A stretch of 63,996 bases of DNA, the filler included, from Guillardia theta CCMP2712 (Eukaryota > Protista > Cryptophyta), in NCBI RefSeq assembly GCF_000315625.1. It is 7 parts of 7 records of this genome, joined end to end, with 100 filler letters (N's around TTAATTAATTAA, not from the genome) between each part and the next. Parts side by side here need not be neighbours in the genome. Positions count along the whole stretch, not along the records: positions 55,008 to 59,081 come from NW_005434120.1; positions 59,182 to 62,189 come from NW_005434083.1; positions 62,290 to 63,996 come from NW_005434559.1; 4 more parts are not named here. The stretch is one strand, 5' to 3'. A model generated the notes under the pieces. The model was given only the letters and a program-made list of their open reading frames with translations, ran no database searches and was not told the DNA's origin. This document shows, piece after piece, positions 57,511 to 63,996 of this stretch (positions are counted from its first letter, which is position 1; each line of letters begins with the position of its first letter). Both the position numbers and the translations under genes were made by a program.

Positions 57511-58743
57511 ATGGGGAATAATGCTGGCAAGACCGTCAAGTCAGCAGTAGGAAAAGCTCAAACAGTAGTGGAGGGAGGAATCCACGGCCTCTCGGCCTGC
57601 ATGTCCAAGGATACGGGAGATATATCCGACATCAAGAAGTAAACATGGATTTCTCCGTGATCTTTCATTTCATGTCTTGCTATCCCTTGCTCGAGATTTT
57701 ATGTTTGCCTTTCACGAGCTGACTTGTATCGTGCAGAGAAACTCCTGTCACGATCGGCTTTCACGGCCCTGACATTCACTTCGACGACCTGAGGGTTTCC
57801 GGCAGCGGCGTTGCGCTCGCGTCAGAGTCAATATCACAGGTTCGTTCACTATGAGCGGAAGAAAGGAACTTCGACTGAGGGCCATGCAGGATAAAGCATA
57901 CTTCGAGGTCAAGATCGGTACAGCAAAGGAAATGCCCTCTTGCATACTCTGATGTTGCCGGTAGCGAAAGCGGAAGGCCGATGGGGTGTCGGCGTTTGTA
58001 AGCAGAGCGTTCACTGTGAGTTGATGGGGAAGAGCTGAGAGACCAATGTTTTGTCGCTTCATGACTGTTTTCTCTCCTCCTTCCCTCCTCTCCTTGTCTT
58101 TGCCTGTTCCTCTCCCTCTCTTGCCCGCGAGCTATCACCCTCATCGATCCGATGAACTCGTGCGATGCCTGCTGCTTGCTTCCTTGCTCACTTGGTTTTC
58201 CAGCTTCGGACGAGCTGAACGTGGAAGGAGAAGGATGGTGTCTGAGCTCTGGTACCCTCGTTGCTTCTTGCCACCTGCTCCTCACATGCTCCTGCTCCTG
58301 CTCAGTGCAACTTGAATACGGTGAAGGAGACGTCATCGGAGTCACCTATGACCAGAGCATATTCCCCACTGCTTTGCGATTTTACCATAATGGTGAGTCG
58401 CGGGCATCGTTAGAGGAAGGAAGATGCGTTTGTCAGAGATGTTTCTTGTTAGCCCCTGAATGTCATGCAGGTGAAGTTTTAGAGGAGCTAACAATCACTA
58501 GCATTCGGGGAGAGGTGACAACAGCTCTCGTCTGCCAGTCTCTATCCCATGAGCAATGTCTTCAGGTCTTCCCGGCGGTACATGTCACAGACGGCGCAGT
58601 GGTGGACTGCGAGTTCGATGGGGAGAACGGGTTTGCGTGAGTTGGCGAGGTGAGGGATGGTCGACTTGTGTTTGAAGCTCTTCCGCAGTTATCCTCCTCC
58701 TGCGGGATTCACTGGGGTTGTGAGCATGAGAAGCGTGATGTAG
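57511..58743 (+). CDS. SPRYD7: SPRY domain-containing protein 7-like (multi-exon)
   Basis: LRVSGSGVALASESISQ|DKAYFEVKI, GRWGVGV, EGDVIGVTYDQ..LRFYHNG, IRGE|VFPAVHVTDGAVVDCEF|YPPPAGFTGV..*. Confidence 0.8.
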
Positions 58744-58868
58744 ATCGGAACAAGCATCATGGTTTTCCTTTTCTTCAGAGGCGATCAGCCTTTTTTGTAT
58801 TATTTGAATAGCTTTCGGAGAAACACGTTTTCTGGAGTTTGCACAACAGAATAAAACACACAGTCACT

Positions 58869-59081
58869 GGTATCTCGTCCCCTCCTTCTCCTACCCTCCC
58901 TTCTCGTCAGGTATCTCGTCCCCTCCTTCTCCTACCCTCCCTTCTCGTCAGGTGTCTCGTCCCCTCCTTCTCCTACCCTTCCTTCTCGTCAGGTATCTCG
59001 TCCCCTCCTTCTCCTACCCTCCCTTCTCGTCAGGTATCTCGTCCCATCCTTCTCCTACCCTCCCTTCTCGTCAGGTATCTC
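58869..59081. repeat. 41-bp minisatellite, more than 5 copies, at scaffold end
   Basis: GGTATCTCGTCCCCTCCTTCTCCTACCCTCCCTTCTCGTCA at 58869, 58910, 58951, 58992, 59033 and 59074 (partial). Confidence 0.93.
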
Positions 59082-59181
59082 NNNNNNNNNNNNNNNNNNN
59101 NNNNNNNNNNNNNNNNNNNNNNNNNTTAATTAATTAANNNNNNNNNNNNNNNNNNNNNNNNNNNNNNNNNNNNNNNNNNNN
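59082..59181. other. Artificial scaffold-joining spacer
   Basis: TTAATTAATTAA at 59126-59137. Confidence 0.97.
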
Positions 59182-61588
59182 ACCTCCTCCTGCAGCTTAA
59201 GAATCTTGTTCTATGAGACGATGAGACAGGAGGAGGAGGAGGAGGAGGAGGAGGAGGAGGAGGAGAGAGAGAGAGAGAGGGGGGAGAGGGAAAGGGGGAG
59301 AGGATGAGGGGAGGAGAGGGCGAGAAGGAGGAGGACGAGGAGGACGAGGACGAGGACCTGAGAGGTCTGGCGATAGTCTTGGAGGAGGGAGGAGGCAGAC
59401 GAGAGCTGGGAAACGAAGTCGTTGTTGCGAGACTTGAGATGTTGGAGCTCGAGCAGCAGGGAGGATCGTTCCTGAGGTTGTAACAAAGCTCTCAAACAAG
59501 GCGAGTACTGAACCAATAGATAGAGGAAGCACCACCACCACCACCACCACCACCAGCAAGATCATCATGTTGGTTTGGCTGACTTGTTTGATGTCGTTGA
59601 GATCAGTCAGAAGAGAATCTCGTTGATCCGTGAGCAACTTGATGGCTGAAATGGGAAGATAAGACAACAAAACACAAGACAAGACAAGAAAAGAAAAGAA
59701 AAGAAAAGAAAAAAGACATGAGCGAGGTGGAGGGCGGGAGAGTCACCTGACATGAGGATTTCCTTGAGCCTTTTCTGCTTGTCGGCCTGCTCCCATTCAT
59801 TTCGAGAAGCAGCGAGGGAGTGCAGGGAAGTAGGAAAAGAAGAAGAGAAGAACAGAAGAACAGAAGAACAGAAGCAGAGAAGAAGCAGAAAAGAAGAAGT
59901 GATTGAGGAAAGGACGAGGACGAGGACAAGCTTGTAGAGGAAGCAGACGAGGAGGTGAGAAGTTGGTTTACCTCTTGCTCCATCTCCCTCTTGTACCTCT
60001 CCGTCTCTCGTATCCTCTCCTTCTGCGACGCTTGCAGCTGAGCCTGAAGCTGCAGACCATTCGGATGTCAAGAGCAAGCGACGCGGAGCGAGGAGGAAGG
60101 GCAGGAGAGGCACCTGTCGGATTCGTTTTAGAAGTTTTTCTTGTTCGTAGGCGAGCTTGAGGTCTTCGCCTGCTGGGGTGAGAGAAAGAGGGGGGGAAGC
60201 GACCGAGTCCTCATCGTGTAGAGGAGACAACGAGATCTGCTGTAGCCCCGCACTCCCTCTCTCTCCTTCCTGAGCCCTGCCCAAAACAACTCACCTCCTC
60301 CTCCTCCTCCTCCTCCTCCTCCTCCTCCTCCTCCCCTCTTCCTACTTCTACTCTCCTCCTACTTCTCCTACTCCTCTGGTTTCAGTTGTTGCAGCTGTTC
60401 TAACTTCTTTCGTGTTTATCCCAGGTGAATGTATGCGGTACCGAACTTGTGAAATTATCTCAGATATGCTATCTCCTTCTATGGCTCGTCCTCTACTTCT
60501 CTCTTCTCCTACTTCCTCCTCTCCTCCCCTCCTCTTCTCTCCTCTCCTCTCCTCTCCTCTCCTCTCCTCTCCTCTCCTCTCCTCTTCTCTTCTCTTCTCT
60601 TCTCTCGTCCTTTGCCGTCTTCGCATTCCTCACCACTGTCAGCCTGCATGAACAGAATGAGCGGGAGGAGAGGCAGAGGTGAGTAAGAAGAGCAGCGGGA
60701 GCAGGGGGAGCGGATCACCTTAGCTCGCCCTTCCGCTGCTCGTCCATTCAGGCGATCAATCTGACAAGAAAGAGAGCGTTTAAAGACAGGACAAGAGGAA
60801 CAAGGGAAAGGGACAGTTTGAATGTATAATCAGAACACAGAGCAGAGCAGAGCGGATCGGAGGGGAGGGGAGTCACAGGAAAGTCAAGAGGAAAGGAGAG
60901 GAGAAGAGAGGAGAAGAGAGGAGAAGAGAGGAGAGGAGAGGAGAGGAGAGGAGAGGAGAGGAGAGGCTCCAGCAGGTTCACCTCTTCTCGTAGGGAAACG
61001 ACTTGAGCCTCATGCGCAGCCTGGAGACTCGCGTGCTCTTCTTTGAGCAGGGACAGCGCTACCTGACAGCAGAGGAGCACAACAAGAGGAGGGGGAAGGA
61101 TGGGGGAGGAAGCGAAGGAGGAGAAGCGATGAAGGGAGTAGAGGAGGGGAAGAGGAAACAAGGAGTTAGGTTCGCTTCAGCATCGCCTGCTCGTCACCGT
61201 TTGCTTCCTCAACTTGTCTTGCGTCTGCTTGAGAACCTCTTGGCTCTCTTCTAACTTCTCTCGCAGACTCTGATTCTCCTCCAGCGCTCGCAGTACAGCC
61301 TGTGCCGATCTTGGAGCATACAAGCTGCTTCCTCCCTCCTGCCCCCTTTGACTAGCAAGCGTGAAGCTGCTTCCTCCCTCCTGCTCTCTCTCGGTGAGGG
61401 AGGAGGGCGACGGGCTGCACTCTCGGGGGTTCTGCTCTCTGATCCCCGTTATCCTCTGAACAAGCCTCTCCTGTCGCTCGCTCAGACTCGCCAGTGTCTC
61501 CTCCAGCATGGGCTTGTAGCTCCAGTCCAACTCCATCCAACCCTCGCCTCCCGCTCGCCTCCTTCAACCTGCAAACTTCGTCATCCAA
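59182..61588 (-). CDS. Probable multi-exon coiled-coil protein (both ends uncertain)
   Basis: Successive AG/GT-bounded exons with heptad-like peptides (LEENQSLREKLEESQEVLK, LLKEEHASLQAAHEAQ, EDLKLAYEQEKLLKRIRQ). Confidence 0.4.
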
Positions 61589-62189
61589 CGCTCCCTCGCC
61601 TCTAAAGACCGTGCTCCTGTTCTTTCTACAACCTTCCAGTAAAGACCGTGCTCCTGTTCTTTCTACAACCTTCTCCTCCTCCCTCTCAATCCTTGCTCGA
61701 GCTTTAACCTCTCATCTCTCTCTTCTCTTCACCTTACCATCCTCGCGTGCTCTCTCCCTCCCACACTCCTCCCTTCTCCTTCATTCGATTGCTTCGTCAC
61801 GTCAAATTTGACAGCCGTTATGAAGACATGTCAAGTGTACCAGGATAATCTTTAACTTAACTAATATAACTAGTACTGACTCGTGAGTATATTTTAGTGC
61901 TCCCCCCTGGTGACGGGGCCCTGAGTCCTTGGGCACTCACTCACTCACGCGGCGGCGGCGTCGTCGACACCATCAATGGCAATCTCGGTCTCGGCTACCG
62001 CTGCGCCCGCTGAGGACAGTGAGGCCTGAGGACTGTTTTGCTTCACCGTTGGAGCAGTACCCGGGTGACCGTCAGCATGCGCCCGGCCTCCATGGGTCCG
62101 CTGCCCCAGGCGGACCCCCGGGCAGCGCCGGCTCCTTGTCGGCGTGGGCTGGCGATGCCGGGTCTGCTGACAGTTGCCAGCAGTGCTGG

Positions 62190-62289
62190 NNNNNNNNNNN
62201 NNNNNNNNNNNNNNNNNNNNNNNNNNNNNNNNNTTAATTAATTAANNNNNNNNNNNNNNNNNNNNNNNNNNNNNNNNNNNNNNNNNNNN
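62190..62289. other. Artificial scaffold-joining spacer
   Basis: TTAATTAATTAA at 62234-62245. Confidence 0.97.
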
Positions 62290-62328
62290 AAGTGCAGGAG
62301 GAGGAGAAGGAGTGGCCAGCAGTGTGAT

Positions 62329-62621
62329 ATGAGCCGCTACTTGCGCGCAGCTACTCCACGTCAGAAAGAAGAAGACAGGGAGAGGAAGAGGAAGAGGAAG
62401 AGGAAGAGGAAGAGGAAGAGGAAGAGAGGGAAGGGAGAGGTGGGGAGCAGGAAACGAATGAGTAGGAGTAGGAGGAGGAAGACGAGGAGGAGAAGGACGA
62501 GGAGGAGGTGAGAAGAGGAGGCAGGAAGAAGCTGAGGGAAGGGGAGAGGAGGACCTGTCATCTTGAGCGTCTGTGTGAAATTGTTCGAGGAGAAACTTGA
62601 AGAGATGTAAGAAAGGAAAAT

Positions 62622-62685
<64 letters not shown>

Positions 62686-63523
62686 ATGACCTCATTCAGC
62701 TCCTGCATCAACTCGTCCGCATCGATCTCCTGCTCCTCTACAAACTTCTTGCAGATGTATTTGTGCTGCTCCCCTCCGTCAGCTCCAACCCAGCAGCCAG
62801 CCCCCGCTCGAACTCACCAGCTCGTTCTTCCTGCTCTCACCTTCCTGCCCTCCCCACCTGCTTGCCAAGTTGAGAAGAGCAGGAGGGATAGCCGGTAACA
62901 GGTAGGAGTAGGGCAGGAGCAGGAGGGGAAAGAACTGAACGAGGAAGAAGGGAAGACAAGCAAGAGGGAGGAGCAGGAGGAGCAGGAGGAGCAGGAGGAG
63001 CAGGAGGAGCAGGAGCAGGAGTGAACAAGTAGGAGAGGAGGGACGAGGCATAAGGGAGAAGGGGGGAGGAGGGAGGAGGGAGGAGGGAGGAGGGAGGAGG
63101 GAGGAGGGAGATGGTGAGGAAGATAGTGAGGGGATTGGGGTCGGAAGAGCAAGGAGTGCGAACCCGTTAGTAATGGCGAGACTTAACGCAGTCCACCTGC
63201 ACTCAGACTGAGAGTTAGAAGATGGTGAGGGGGGAGGAGGAGGAGGAGGAGGAGGAGGAGGAGGAGGAGGAGAGGGAGAGGAGGAAGAAGAGAAAGAGGA
63301 AAAGGAAAAAGAGGAGGAGGAGGAGGAGGAGGAGGAGAGTAGTAGGAGGAGGCAAGAGGCAGGAGGAGAGGGCGAGGGAGAAAGAAGGAGGGAGGACGGG
63401 CGGAAGATCGACCGGTCAAGAATTGTTGAAACTGCATCCTCGAAAAGCTGCTGTATCTCCTCTCCTCCTCTCAGTCTCATCGAGGAAAAGGTGAATGGTT
63501 CAAGAAGGTAGCTTCCCGCGCAA

Positions 63524-63559
<36 letters not shown>

Positions 63560-63560
63560 A

Positions 63561-63637
<77 letters not shown>

Positions 63638-63685
63638 CCCCCTTCATTCTCCACTTCAGGCCCTCCTCCACGCAGGCCTGTCAGT
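62329..63685 (-). CDS. Fragmentary multi-exon gene of unknown function
   Basis: Short exons between microsatellite-rich introns (MRLRGGEEIQQLFEDAVSTILD; HKYICKKFVEEQEIDADELMQELNE; FSSNNFTQTLKMT). Confidence 0.3.
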
Positions 63686-63996
63686 CAGCAGTTCAGAGAA
63701 AGGATGCATTGGAGAAAAGGAGAGAGACGGAGGCAGAGGATGGGAAAAGAAAAGAGGAAGAGGATGAATGGGAGGAAAAGAAGAGGAGGAGAAGTTTTCA
63801 ACGGTCCGTGGAAGGGTTAACTAACTTTTTTTCAGTCTTCTTTGGCTTTTCGATGGTCTGAGAGGAAGGAGTCAAGCAAGAACAGAGAGAGAGACAGAGC
63901 AGAGCAGAGCAGAGCAGAGAAGAGCAGAGGGAGGGAGGAGAGGGGAGTAGAGGAGAGGAGAAGATATGAGGAGAGGAGTGGAGTGGAGGGGAGGGA

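Noticed and set aside
1-63996. tRNA, rRNA, telomere arrays, LTR/RT or DDE transposase genes
   Set aside because: None recognised by eye; tRNAscan-SE, Infernal and RepeatMasker would be needed to exclude them.

Overview
Eukaryotic nuclear DNA with short GT-AG introns and abundant (GAGGA)n/(CAT)n/(CAG)n microsatellites. Bipartite targeting peptides (AF and LRGG types) and an RWP-RK expansion suggest a cryptophyte alga such as Guillardia or Hanusia (inference). The window is not contiguous: six 100-nt N/TTAATTAATTAA/N spacers join seven separate scaffolds (1-10506, 10607-16646, 16747-33373, 33474-54907, 55008-59081, 59182-62189, 62290-63996). Housekeeping-type genes include a plastid-type methionine aminopeptidase, Mpv17/PMP22, NECAP-like, SPRYD7, and PDZ and SPRY proteins. 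Highlights: (1) The apparent ~230-bp satellite at 10.9-12.8 kb and 14.3-14.8 kb reads as a tandem array of phase-0 exon/intron modules on the minus strand. It builds a variable-length coiled-coil stalk (at least 7 modules in one gene copy, 2 in the adjacent copy) between a possible restriction-endonuclease-like head and a C-terminal hydrophobic segment. (2) An intron-poor ~1386-aa dynamin/NUGGC-like GTPase-OTU-PIN-like gene lies directly upstream of an intact Crypton-type tyrosine recombinase. (3) Two immune-receptor-like ubiquitin-ligase/pseudokinase genes carry internally conserved ARM or WD40 repeats. (4) An RWP-RK inverted duplication has two tandem 13-12-13 palindromes in its spacer. (5) A signal-peptide/LRGG-bearing GT4 glycosyltransferase is fused to a HAD phosphatase. 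All domain calls are from motif reading by eye; no database searches were run.
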